Below, piece after piece: positions 1-9,523 of a stretch of 64,000 nt of DNA; position 1 is the first letter of the stretch; each line of letters begins with the position of its first letter. Below the pieces are notes generated by a model. The model was not told the DNA's origin. It made no database searches and was given only the letters and a program-made list of their open reading frames with translations. The stretch covers positions 128,001 to 192,000 of IMG/VR virus record IMGVR_UViG_2061766007_000586; one strand, 5' to 3'. A program made the translations under genes and the position numbers. Origin of the DNA: a virus. Lineage: Duplodnaviria; Caudoviricetes.

Positions 1-1236
1 ATCAGGATCATATCCGAATGGAGGATTAATAATCACACCATCATCAAGGACAAGAAAATGGAGATTATGAGTATCACAACTTACAATACCACCTTTCTCC
101 ACATAGATGTAACTACCAGCTAAACCAGCTCCATTCCATATATAAAGCCAGCCACCTTTCTTAACCGTGATATTCTTTACAAAAGCAAGTTCATGAAGGC
201 ATAACACACCATGATCTTCAACAATCACTTCTTGAAGTTCAGTATGCGGCATAAGGATTAATTTACCGCCTCTAAGAACTTTGCAGCAAGCATTATCCGT
301 TTCTGATCCTTTAATGTAAGTTTCTTCAGTGCTGATAAGTTTCCAAGCAGGATTTGTTTGCTTTTTGTACATCAGAATAGCTTTTTCTGCAAGATTAAGT
401 TTCTGATTCTTATTCTTACCAACTAAAGATGAAATAAAGTCAGAAGTTTTATATGCTCCATACAGATCTTCATAATCACATTTCATAGACTTCGGAGTAC
501 TACCAATGCAATCGTGTAAGAAATCTGTCATAGTGTATTTATCAGAGAATCCGCAGTTAAGTCCGGTAATTGCTTCTTTAATAGGAAGCAGAACAAGATA
601 AGTTTGCAGAATGAATGTTCTACCAACTGTGTAATCATCGAGAGAACATTTTAAAACTTCTCCATCACGAATACGTCTTTCCATGTCATCATGAATAAAC
701 ATCATCATCTTAGAAGTTAATCCAATACCCTTATCAAGAGCATTGTAAAAACCACGAATGGAGTTAGCAAACTTATGAAGTGTTTTATCTCCGTTAAGTA
801 CATTCGGAAGAAGATACTTGTTGATATGGAGATTAACTGCTCTCAGGAACTGCCAAATAGCACCTTGATCAAATGCAGTAAAAGCATCCATAATTTCATT
901 CAGATCCTGAGCATATCTTCCGTTGAGAAAATCAAGATTATATTCTGTCGTATGATAAAACAGACATCCCTTGAAATACTCGTACAGAGATTTATGCTCT
1001 TCTGATGGAGAATAATCATCAATCGTGTTCACACGATCTGACATTCTGTATGTATTAAACATCAATTTAATACATCCATCCTGATGTGTGTAAAGGTAAC
1101 CTGCACCAGGCCCAGATACACCACGTGTTACCGTAAGTTTATACGGCTGTGTCCAAAACTCAGGATTCTGAGCTTTGACGTCGGGTTTCACCAAAGATGA
1201 ATCATCCAGGTGTTCTACAAATTGGAATTTCAGCAT
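1..1236 (-). CDS. Beta-helix (AIDA-like repeat) containing protein, runs off the left edge (not in ORF track)
   Basis: Manual translation: SD AAGGGG, ATG at 1236, MLKFQFVEHLDD..., open to base 1; C-terminal part has repeats such as KVLRGGKLIL, NITVKKGGWLYI, IYVEKGGIVSC. Confidence 0.8.
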   Translation of the reverse strand, partial: MLKFQFVEHLDDSSLVKPDVKAQNPEFWTQPYKLTVTRGVSGPGAGYLYTHQDGCIKLMFNTYRMSDRVNTIDDYSPSEEHKSLYEYFKGCLFYHTTEYNLDFLNGRYAQDLNEIMDAFTAFDQGAIWQFLRAVNLHINKYLLPNVLNGDKTLHKFANSIRGFYNALDKGIGLTSKMMMFIHDDMERRIRDGEVLKCSLDDYTVGRTFILQTYLVLLPIKEAITGLNCGFSDKYTMTDFLHDCIGSTPKSMKCDYEDLYGAYKTSDFISSLVGKNKNQKLNLAEKAILMYKKQTNPAWKLISTEETYIKGSETDNACCKVLRGGKLILMPHTELQEVIVEDHGVLCLHELAFVKNITVKKGGWLYIWNGAGLAGSYIYVEKGGIVSCDTHNLHFLVLDDGVIINPPFGYDPD

Positions 1237-1350
1237 ATTTTCCCCTTGCTGTTAGGATTGATCGTTTACAATATACAGATACCATGGTTGAAACAATCTA
1301 AAGATGCATGATATCAGATAAAGGCCCTTGCCTCTATTTCAAAAAGGACT

Positions 1351-1392
1351 CACCACTAGGCAAGATGCGTGAGCATACAATACCTAGTGGTG
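1351..1392 (-). terminator. Probable intrinsic terminator
   Basis: Inverted repeat CACCACTAGG...CCTAGTGGTG with an A-run on the left, downstream of ORF 1406..4510. Confidence 0.55.
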
Positions 1393-1405
1393 AAATAATT
1401 TGTTG

Positions 1406-4400
1406 TTACTCGAGAAGATCTTCTTCTCCAAGTTCAAGTGTTTCTAATCTTGAACCCATATGTCTGAAGATTTCTTTCGTATCGAACCATTTGTCTTTCT
1501 GTTCCTGGCTTACATTAGAAGCAATGCGAAGAATACCACCATAGCAGATATTCAGATGTTTTACTTTTACTCCATTGAAGAGTTCAAGTACACCACCTCT
1601 CACGACAGTAACATTCTCTAAGATGCTACCACCGTAAGCCGTGATTGTCGTGCCTGCTTCAACTGAAGCACCTTCCAAAACACCTTCGTTCATTACTTCA
1701 ATTCTGTTACCATCTGTTGGTTCACGGAATGACTGAAGACCTTTAACTTTACCACGGATATAGAGAACTGTACCGTTTTTAATGACAACGTTATAGAACT
1801 CCGTTCCTTTATGAACAGTGACATATATATTATCCAGAGTTAAGTCAAAACATTCGTTACTATTAACTGTGTTTAGCTCATCTCCGTCAAAATCAAGATA
1901 GCCACCACATTCATAAACATTTCCGTAGCATTCTTTCGAATCGATACGAAGCATTCCACCAGGATACACCCATGCATCATCGATATATCCTGATTTCAGA
2001 TGAACAAATCCACCATCGAGAACAGTGACTCTAGATGCTGTTGAACCATCAATTATAAGATCCGTACAGAAATTGACAGGAAGATAATCCTTCTTAGGAG
2101 ATTTATCTTCAAAAACTCCAGTCTGAATTTCTTTTTCAGAAACACCTCTCACCTGAAGATTCTTATAAGGATAGATGTCACAAGTGACTATCTTCTTATA
2201 AACTGTTTCTTTGTGTTCAGGATCTTTTACTACGGCAGGTTCAGCAGGTTCTGTATGCCAGTTGGCAGTATCAGAATAAACCACATCCTGCTTTTTTGAC
2301 GAAGGAAGATTTTCATCAATGTTTGGATCATAGATCTGAATAGATCCTTTGGACGGAGTTGTTCTCGGGTTGTCCATGACATCCCAAATACCGTAGTTGA
2401 CAAACGGAGGACCATCGATCTTTTTACAATCATACATGACATCTAAAAGATCAAACTGGAAATTCTTAGGCAACTCATTATGGAAGGATACATGTGTGAT
2501 TCTTGCTTTCTTGATAAGATCTTTAGAAAGCTCTTTAATCATTTTGTTTCCTGCAATATTGATCTGCCGCAGAGTCCACTTCTTATAAATGAAAGTATAG
2601 ATATTTACCTCAGGATTGTAACTGATTTCAGGTTTATCCCAGAACGAAGTATAGATCGATTTGTCTGATTTGTAATCATCCGTTGGGAATTCCAATTCAA
2701 GCCATGAAATGAAAGAAGAGTTCGGATAATTAGTCCTACAATGAAGAGTCAGATATCCATCTGATGTCTTACCATCTAATTCTTCAAGTTTAGTTTCAAT
2801 AGCTCGAGCCATTCTCTGCTTATTGTTTTCAGATATTTTCTTCGAAGCTTCGATAAGCTTATTGGAAGTTGAGAGCAAAGGCACATAAGCTTGGAAATTG
2901 GTAATACGGATGTTTTCTGTTTTTTCAGCCATATTAACCTGTTTTCCATTATACCAAGCTTCGGTAAAGTGAGGTACATAGAAACCTTTCGTGTCATGAT
3001 CATATCCCCAACCAGTGATCTTGATACTATCAAGAATACAATCACGTTCGAAAATAGTTTGGTCATCAGGAACCCAAAGACACCAATCAGCCAAACGAAC
3101 TGTCATATGATTTGTTTCAGGATTGAAGAGAACAATCCCATTTTTAAAACTGATAGTACATTTGACTGGTTTATCTTCACCAAAACGATTGTATTCTAAG
3201 TAAATTTCTCTTAAAGTACAAACGTTGTTAGCAGAATAACCACCAATAACTAAATTACTGGGATACTGCGAAGATAATTCCTTGGCTTCTTTCTGCCAAT
3301 CATATCTTGAATCGTCTACGGGTTTGCATTCAGGATCACCAAGACATTCATAGCACAGAGGCTCATCACAAACGTAAAGGTTCTTCTGTCTAAAGAGAGC
3401 ACCTTTCTTATCAATGAGACATCTGAAATCTTTGGTAGATCTATAAGTCATTCCAAGAATATCAGCCTTAGCAAGGAAGTCAAGATCTCCTGCGGACATA
3501 TCCGTTTCTGCATCAACAAGATAACAATCTTTCAAATGCAGTAATCCTCTATACTCGAAAGTAGCTTTATCTCTCGGATCAAGAGGATTCATAAACTTGT
3601 AAGGTTCCTCAAGCTTACATGGCTTACTACAGCAATTCCAGGAATCCATTTTGCAATAAAGTTTATAATTGTGATTCAGAATGTGAACAAGAAGATATTC
3701 AAATTCAAAATCTTCAACTTTATCCGTAGTTGTGTATAACGTCAAATACACATCAGACTGATCATTCAGGTCGTAAGTTTTATCATCAGTTGATTTAATT
3801 TTATCATCAGATGCTTTCACTTCAACACCTTCTTCCATTTTGATAAGTTTAAGTGATTCTTCCTTAACTTTAGGATTCACATAAACAGTTGATCCTGTAC
3901 AAGCAGTTACATGATGAGTATGTGTTCTTGGGCAAATCGAAATAGAGCCACCCTTAGCAATATAAATATTTTTAAGATGTGCTCTATCCTCAGCAAACAA
4001 ATGTCCACCATCTAACACAACAACAGAATCAATGATGCTATGTGCTTTTGCCAGAACATAACCATTTTTACCAATATGTGAATCTTTTAAGATACCATAT
4101 TCGTAAACTGTTCCTTCGTTAAGAATTTCACAATCTTTGAAAGTTGTCACATGATGGATAGTAAAAGGGGTGGCAACAATACTACCCTGCAGAGCACTAG
4201 TCATGAAATGAATAGTGGAAGTATCATCGAAAGAAACCCAACCACCAAGTTCTCTAATATTAGAAACTGTGGCATTATGGCTGATATTCAATCTTCCGTT
4301 TCTCACATCAATACTACCGATGTTTCCACCATAGCAGATTACTCCACCATCGCCTAACATATTAATATGTTCGACCGAACCACTAACTTTCATAGACCAA

Positions 4401-4510
4401 GTGTAATGGTCATCTTTGTAGTTCGTAAGATCAGATGAATTAACGAGTGTAAAAGTTTCACGTTTAATATCATCTGGTTCGATTGTAATGCATGTACTAC
4501 TGCATTTCAT
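1406..4510 (-). CDS. Large protein with N- and C-terminal AIDA-like beta-helix repeat regions
   Basis: 1034 aa; repeats VVVLDGGHL, IYIAKGGSI, VTVLDGGFV, VYPGGMLRI, VTVVRGGVL; SD AAGGAG. Confidence 0.75.
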   Translation of the reverse strand: MKCSSTCITIEPDDIKRETFTLVNSSDLTNYKDDHYTWSMKVSGSVEHINMLGDGGVICYGGNIGSIDVRNGRLNISHNATVSNIRELGGWVSFDDTSTIHFMTSALQGSIVATPFTIHHVTTFKDCEILNEGTVYEYGILKDSHIGKNGYVLAKAHSIIDSVVVLDGGHLFAEDRAHLKNIYIAKGGSISICPRTHTHHVTACTGSTVYVNPKVKEESLKLIKMEEGVEVKASDDKIKSTDDKTYDLNDQSDVYLTLYTTTDKVEDFEFEYLLVHILNHNYKLYCKMDSWNCCSKPCKLEEPYKFMNPLDPRDKATFEYRGLLHLKDCYLVDAETDMSAGDLDFLAKADILGMTYRSTKDFRCLIDKKGALFRQKNLYVCDEPLCYECLGDPECKPVDDSRYDWQKEAKELSSQYPSNLVIGGYSANNVCTLREIYLEYNRFGEDKPVKCTISFKNGIVLFNPETNHMTVRLADWCLWVPDDQTIFERDCILDSIKITGWGYDHDTKGFYVPHFTEAWYNGKQVNMAEKTENIRITNFQAYVPLLSTSNKLIEASKKISENNKQRMARAIETKLEELDGKTSDGYLTLHCRTNYPNSSFISWLELEFPTDDYKSDKSIYTSFWDKPEISYNPEVNIYTFIYKKWTLRQINIAGNKMIKELSKDLIKKARITHVSFHNELPKNFQFDLLDVMYDCKKIDGPPFVNYGIWDVMDNPRTTPSKGSIQIYDPNIDENLPSSKKQDVVYSDTANWHTEPAEPAVVKDPEHKETVYKKIVTCDIYPYKNLQVRGVSEKEIQTGVFEDKSPKKDYLPVNFCTDLIIDGSTASRVTVLDGGFVHLKSGYIDDAWVYPGGMLRIDSKECYGNVYECGGYLDFDGDELNTVNSNECFDLTLDNIYVTVHKGTEFYNVVIKNGTVLYIRGKVKGLQSFREPTDGNRIEVMNEGVLEGASVEAGTTITAYGGSILENVTVVRGGVLELFNGVKVKHLNICYGGILRIASNVSQEQKDKWFDTKEIFRHMGSRLETLELGEEDLLE

Positions 4511-4551
4511 AAATAATTTCTCCTTATTAAGGTTAAAAATAGAAGAAGGGA

Positions 4552-5382
4552 TTAACCCTTCTTCTTAGACTTGTTAATTTTGTTACTCCAGACAATGGTC
4601 TCTGTAAAGATTCCATTGTCACCTTCATCAATTTCATTGATGATCTGTGTACCGTCCTCAATCAAGAGTCCATCAAGAGATGATAACTTTGCTCCATCAA
4701 AAGCTTTGCGATAGATTTTAACCGTATTGAGAACTTTCACATTTTTAAATGTGATATCATCTCCACCGTAGATGCTAAGTGTACCGGTGTTAACAGATAC
4801 GTCTTCCATAACACCTTTATACACTCTCAACTCACCGTTAGATTCACATGTTTTGATGGAACCACCACGAAGGTAAACCATGGCTCTTTCACAGATCTTA
4901 GATCCGGATAAAATTCCACCATCGTAAATCATGCAATTTGAATTGGCAAGAAGAGATGTATGATTGATATGTGTACCATTATGGATCGTGCATACACCAT
5001 CAATGATGGCAATATAGCCATTAAAATGGAATGTGAGTTCGGGTGTATAATCAGCATCTTTGAGAAATACGGAACCACCTTCTTCCGAAATATCTCGAAC
5101 AGTGGCGTTCTTAACGAACAGTTCACCTCTTTGCCAAAGACTGATCTTTTCAATCTCACCTTCAATGGCTTGTACTTTACCACCCTGCTTAACTGTCACT
5201 GTGGAAACTTTACCACCGTTAACAATAAGCTCGGTACAAACAAAGTGAGGATTACCTTGATCATCGATCAAGCATCCGCACTGATCTTCATGAAATCCTT
5301 TGTCGTTCATGACAACGACATTTGAGATAAAATCTCCAGGACCAACAGCAATCGTACAAAGTGCATGCTTTTTAATTTGCAT
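4552..5382 (-). CDS. AIDA-like beta-helix repeat protein
   Basis: 276 aa; VTVKQGGKV, ISLWQRGEL, ISEEGGSV repeats paralogous to neighbours. Confidence 0.75.
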   Translation of the reverse strand: MQIKKHALCTIAVGPGDFISNVVVMNDKGFHEDQCGCLIDDQGNPHFVCTELIVNGGKVSTVTVKQGGKVQAIEGEIEKISLWQRGELFVKNATVRDISEEGGSVFLKDADYTPELTFHFNGYIAIIDGVCTIHNGTHINHTSLLANSNCMIYDGGILSGSKICERAMVYLRGGSIKTCESNGELRVYKGVMEDVSVNTGTLSIYGGDDITFKNVKVLNTVKIYRKAFDGAKLSSLDGLLIEDGTQIINEIDEGDNGIFTETIVWSNKINKSKKKG

Positions 5383-5896
5383 TTTCTTCCACCTTAGGCT
5401 GGAAGATTCTGATAACAGAATCTTTTATAATTGAAAGTTTAGGATGTATAATGTTGTCAATGAATTCATGAGGATTTTTATATCCTCTATATTCGTAATA
5501 CTTGTCGTCAACATAAAGAACAGCATTCTCTTCAAAATTCAAGACAATATCTTTTGTCTTAGAAAGAAATGCTAAGCCTACATGTAAACGACCGTTTTCT
5601 TGAATATGGATTGAATGAATTTCAGGAGTTCCTGCAATATATACCGATGCTAATGCACCAATATGAATTGTGTTAGCAACACAATGATATCCAATCTTTG
5701 CTGTTAAATTTAAACCTTTACAAAGAACAAGAGTATCAACGATTGCACCATCATACATTGCAAGTTCAGTACACGACATTGTAACATTATCCATTGAACT
5801 TACAACGTCATTGATAGAATTGGTTACAAGAACCTTACCTACCTTGTCTCCTCTTTCAAGTACAAGACGACGTGTGAGTAATTCCGTTAATTGCAT
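5372..5896 (-). CDS. Beta-helix repeat protein (probable start MQLTELL)
   Basis: SD AAGGAG before ATG at 5896; shares the CTEL and IHIQENGRL segments with ORF 4552..5382. Confidence 0.65.
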   Translation of the reverse strand: MQLTELLTRRLVLERGDKVGKVLVTNSINDVVSSMDNVTMSCTELAMYDGAIVDTLVLCKGLNLTAKIGYHCVANTIHIGALASVYIAGTPEIHSIHIQENGRLHVGLAFLSKTKDIVLNFEENAVLYVDDKYYEYRGYKNPHEFIDNIIHPKLSIIKDSVIRIFQPKVEENAN

Positions 5897-5906
5897 TTGA
5901 GTCTCC

Positions 5907-6194
5907 TTATCGAGGTGTATATTGACATTCTGTTGTAACTTCGAAAATATTCTTTGAACAAAGATCACAGATAGGAAATTGCTTCTTATCTGTTTTGAAA
6001 TTTGCACAACTTGTACATTTTTTGATTTGTGGAATACTGTAGATAAATTTTGCATTAGCATTAACAGCACACCAAATACCATCGATGTCATTTTTGAAAG
6101 TTTGAATTGCTCCTAACAAAAATAACTTATCCTGCTTGAGCATATTGATTTGCTGCTGAAGCTCTTTGATTTTCTTACGATTGAAAAGATCCAC
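5907..6194 (-). CDS. Small early protein: coiled coil plus CxxC...CxxC zinc-finger
   Basis: GTG start with SD GGAGG; KKCTSC...ICDLC; first gene after the promoter motif at 6229-6238. Confidence 0.7.
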   Translation of the reverse strand: MDLFNRKKIKELQQQINMLKQDKLFLLGAIQTFKNDIDGIWCAVNANAKFIYSIPQIKKCTSCANFKTDKKQFPICDLCSKNIFEVTTECQYTPR

Positions 6195-6228
6195 AATAAA
6201 CCTCCTTGCTTAAATTGGTTACATTTAA

Positions 6229-6238
6229 GTTATATATA
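6229..6238 (-). promoter_or_regulatory. Phage early-type promoter (TATATATAAC)
   Basis: Matches the TATATATNNC motif repeated upstream of many units; similar to the phiKZ early promoter TATATTAC. Confidence 0.65.
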
Positions 6239-6271
6239 TTTTAACCTATTATCAAAAAAAATAAAAGAACA

Positions 6272-6301
6272 GCTCGTAGGCGTTGCCACACGCCTACGAG
6301 C
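6272..6301 (-). terminator. Intrinsic terminator
   Basis: GCTCGTAGGCG/CGCCTACGAGC 11-bp stem followed on the minus strand by a long T-run. Confidence 0.85.
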
Positions 6302-6309
6302 CATTAATT

Positions 6310-6897
6310 GTTCCAGGGACCCGGTCAACAAAATCCCTTATCATCCATGTTACCTACCTCACTTGCGTACGACTTATTGCCAATGCGTAACTCACTAAAC
6401 CAAAGTTATTCACTCATCAGAGTAAATAGTTTACGTCCTAGTAAGCTGGATAGATTTTGAGACCAACTGAAAGTGGCATTTTCAGTATCTCAAGGGCTGT
6501 ACCGAAGCAGCTCAGCATGTGTGAATTCTAGTATCGGATTGTCCTGGCTAGTACCAGTTAGACTAATTGGATCTCACTCTTACACGTTTCAAAAACTCGT
6601 CACATCGGATGTACATGGAGCTCAGGGAACCGCTTTTCGACTATAAGACCTTTTCATCTCTAACACGTGGTGTTGATCTAGGTTATCCACGCGTAGTACA
6701 TGATGCAGTGACCGACGTCTGCGTTCAAATACGACTATCATGCTAGCCGTCCATGGCAAAGAAATGAGGATCAAGGTGGACTCTCTCGATCCTCAACGTA
6801 ACTAGAATTCTTGTCCAGACGAGATATCTTCTTGGCGCCATCGACTACATCCTCATGGCCTATCTGAGCCTGCATCAGCACTCTAGTATACAATGGA
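6310..6897 (-). ncRNA. Candidate large (~590 nt) structured non-coding RNA
   Basis: No credible ORF, GC-richer than flanks, own promoter motif (6898-6907) and terminator (6272-6301), several local and long-range helices. Confidence 0.65.
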
Positions 6898-6907
6898 GAC
6901 ATATATA
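6898..6907 (-). promoter_or_regulatory. Phage early-type promoter (TATATATGTC)
   Basis: TATATATNNC match just downstream of terminator 6927-6954. Confidence 0.55.
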
Positions 6908-6926
6908 CATAAAAAATATTTGAAAA

Positions 6927-6954
6927 TGTCTGGAGATGTTTCCATCTCCAGACA
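6927..6954 (-). terminator. Intrinsic terminator of the DUF4422 pair
   Basis: TGTCTGGAGATG/CATCTCCAGACA perfect 12-bp stem plus TTTT. Confidence 0.8.
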
Positions 6955-6964
6955 AGATATACGA

Positions 6965-7711
6965 TTATGAGAAGAGAAGAATATGGGGCTGGACGCAACG
7001 GAACCCTTCAAGGTTCATCATTCTTGCGAAGTAATAGCCATCAACAAATTCAAGAATCTTAGCAGCTGCGCAGATAGGATAGGTCTTACCATCACCACTA
7101 TCAGCAATGACCGGCTGAAGCTGGTCGATAGCCTGCATCACTTTAGACATGAAATCATCAAGCTTTGTAGTAGGCATGATGAACAGGTTGGATGTCGGGA
7201 GATAATCATGAGCCATGAAGTCATCATGCATCTGCTGTTCTTCAGTTGAACGATTTGGATACAGAGTATCAATCAGGTCAAGTGTAATCTGCTTCAGAGA
7301 AGGATTGAAACGAGCTTCACCCATAGCATCCACATTAGGAACACCAAAACCAGCACGAGTTGGTGAAATGATGGTATCAGGAGTTAAAACACCACCCTGG
7401 TTCCAGGTATTAGCGGTATAGAAACGACGGAAATGATTAAGACCAATAAAATCAGGATTATCAAGCTTATCCAGATTCTTCCATGCCCAATACAGCTGAG
7501 AAATTTCATAAATGTAAGGATTCAGATTGGAGATGTTATCCGCACCATCATCATCACCTTGCATATCTGCATACTGTTCAGGAATATTACCAAGAGCATG
7601 TCCACCCATCACAGGCACATAGATCTCTCCTTCAGGATCATATTCCGGAAAATAGCTACGATAGTCTCTTGCATTTTTGTCGTAAGCAACGATAATTTTT
7701 AAAGCACTCAT
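6965..7711 (-). CDS. DUF4422-family (glycosyltransferase-like) protein
   Basis: IIVAYDK, YVPVMGG, DDDGADNISNLNPYIYE, YWAWKN, DFIGLNHFRRF motifs. Confidence 0.85.
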   Translation of the reverse strand: MSALKIIVAYDKNARDYRSYFPEYDPEGEIYVPVMGGHALGNIPEQYADMQGDDDGADNISNLNPYIYEISQLYWAWKNLDKLDNPDFIGLNHFRRFYTANTWNQGGVLTPDTIISPTRAGFGVPNVDAMGEARFNPSLKQITLDLIDTLYPNRSTEEQQMHDDFMAHDYLPTSNLFIMPTTKLDDFMSKVMQAIDQLQPVIADSGDGKTYPICAAAKILEFVDGYYFARMMNLEGFRCVQPHILLFS

Positions 7712-7733
7712 AAAAATTTCCTCTTATTTAAAG

Positions 7734-8513
7734 TTATGCTAAATAAGTAATTGTTCCATGCTGACAATGATAATCACCAACATTGACTAATCTATCAAGA
7801 TAGAAAGCAGTGAAATATTCCATGAGTTTTTCAGCTGCACGACTCTGATAGAATCCATTATCAATACCTTCAAAAATCGGTTGTAAAACTGTAATAGCTT
7901 GTTCAACCTTAGTCATGTAATCATTGAACACTTCTTTTGGCATAATAAACGCATTATGCTTTGCAAGCAGTACCCAATTCTTCCATTTTGTGTAGAATGC
8001 TTGATCAGCTTCTGTCATATTTGGGAAAAGCTGTGCGATCAAATTTTCACCTTCATCTTTAAGAGAAGGAGTGCATGTTTTCTTTAGATATAATCCGTTC
8101 AAGCCATATCCTGTTGCATTGCACATTACAACATAGTTCGGTAAAAGACCAATTTCTGTTGGCATATGTGTTTCTGGATCTTCTGCACCGAGCCAAGAAG
8201 GTGGCGCAAGAATACGGCGATAGTGACAAAGTCCGATATAATCTGGATTACCGATCTTATCTTGATTTTTCCATGCCCAGTAAGCATGAGTTAATTCACA
8301 CAGATAACGATTTAAGTTAGAGATATTTTCTCCATCATCATCGCCCTGCATATCTGCTAATTCGTCAGGAATTTCCCCTAACACGTGGCCACCCATAACC
8401 GGCACATAAACATCACCTGGTTGATATTTTTGGCCTTCTTCAAAGGCGGTTAATCTACCACGATAGTCTTCGGAAGACTTATCATAAGCAACTATAATTT
8501 TTAAATTCTTCAT
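7734..8513 (-). CDS. DUF4422-family (glycosyltransferase-like) protein, paralog
   Basis: DDDGENISNLNRYLCELT, YWAWKN, DYIGLCHYRR motifs. Confidence 0.85.
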   Translation of the reverse strand: MKNLKIIVAYDKSSEDYRGRLTAFEEGQKYQPGDVYVPVMGGHVLGEIPDELADMQGDDDGENISNLNRYLCELTHAYWAWKNQDKIGNPDYIGLCHYRRILAPPSWLGAEDPETHMPTEIGLLPNYVVMCNATGYGLNGLYLKKTCTPSLKDEGENLIAQLFPNMTEADQAFYTKWKNWVLLAKHNAFIMPKEVFNDYMTKVEQAITVLQPIFEGIDNGFYQSRAAEKLMEYFTAFYLDRLVNVGDYHCQHGTITYLA

Positions 8514-8596
8514 TTGGTATACCTTTCAGTATAAGGTTAATGAAATAAAATGTTTATTTCTAATCATAGAATAATCGAATTTGACTTAAAAAGAAA

Positions 8597-8626
8597 ACTA
8601 CACCAGGACATGAATCCTGGTGTAGT
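8597..8626 (-). terminator. Intrinsic terminator
   Basis: ACTACACCAGGA/TCCTGGTGTAGT stem with flanking A/T run. Confidence 0.8.
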
Positions 8627-8630
8627 AACA

Positions 8631-8993
8631 TCACATTACAGTTACAAGCCGATCAAACGTTAAACAATCATGTTCACGGTTAAATTCACCATTCCATAAA
8701 TCTTGATGAATTTCCATAACTTCTTGAGAAGACAATACTTGATTCAATGTTTTATTTGCTAAATCACAAATAGCAATTGCTAGTATTGATTCTTCGTACT
8801 TGTTTAACTTACGACCTAACTTCTTTTCTATTTGTTGTTTGCTACCATTCATAATGTTGTACTTGTGAGTCTTTTCACCTGTACGTTCATTACGAACTGT
8901 ACCTGCATAAAATCCATAACCAGGTGTCATGTATTTATATACAGTTTCAGCGGCATCATACAATTTATCAAATAGCTTGGGATCCTTAATCAT
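8631..8993 (-). CDS. Hypothetical protein
   Basis: 120 aa; ATGA overlap with the upstream gene. Confidence 0.75.
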   Translation of the reverse strand: MIKDPKLFDKLYDAAETVYKYMTPGYGFYAGTVRNERTGEKTHKYNIMNGSKQQIEKKLGRKLNKYEESILAIAICDLANKTLNQVLSSQEVMEIHQDLWNGEFNREHDCLTFDRLVTVM

Positions 8994-9523
8994 TCTTGAT
9001 ACCCTATTTTCATTGTTCCAATACCTGAATTATCAGGTATAACTACTTGTTTAAAATTGTTTCCCTCTGAAGTACCTGTCATCAATCCATCTTCAGTTCT
9101 AACAGTTATTGGTATTTCTTGATTGTCCTCTGTTACAAATACAAAAGTAGCAAGAGTAGGTTTCAATCCTAACACCAATTGTGTTAATTCCATAAAACGT
9201 CTTGATGAGAGTTTCTCACCTTTCTTCAACTCTTTCACAATATTTGCTTTATTGTTCATAGCTGATTGAGGTGTTTTTCCTAACACAAGGATAGCATATT
9301 GCTTGTACTTTTCGTCGAAGTACTCCTTCGTAATATGCTCTTGTACACAAAGACGTCGAAACATACTGAGGATAATATCACTCGTAGCACCAACATCTTT
9401 TTCCGTAAACAAAGGAGTTCCTTCTTGTCTCAGCTGCTCTACTTTATCAATCGGAAGTAGAGTACCTGACATATCCTCAAATTCCTGAAATATATTTGAT
9501 GATTCAGGAGTTGCCATGCTCAT
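8990..9523 (-). CDS. Hypothetical protein
   Basis: 177 aa; coupled to neighbours, SD AAGGAG. Confidence 0.75.
   Translation of the reverse strand: MSMATPESSNIFQEFEDMSGTLLPIDKVEQLRQEGTPLFTEKDVGATSDIILSMFRRLCVQEHITKEYFDEKYKQYAILVLGKTPQSAMNNKANIVKELKKGEKLSSRRFMELTQLVLGLKPTLATFVFVTEDNQEIPITVRTEDGLMTGTSEGNNFKQVVIPDNSGIGTMKIGYQE

Noticed and set aside
6400-6430. CTGATGAG on the minus strand resembling a hammerhead ribozyme core
   Set aside because: No stem II followed by GAAA at the right spacing; the motif sits in a simple hairpin.
6310-6897. Identification of the large RNA as tmRNA, RNase P RNA or a group I intron
   Set aside because: No GGGG...CCA tRNA-like ends or tag ORF, no clear GAGGAAAGUCC motif, and it does not interrupt a gene. 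It is left unassigned pending a covariance-model search.
6771-6998. 75-aa ORF overlapping the RNA candidate
   Set aside because: It crosses a terminator and promoter, has no SD and overlaps the DUF4422 gene; likely spurious.
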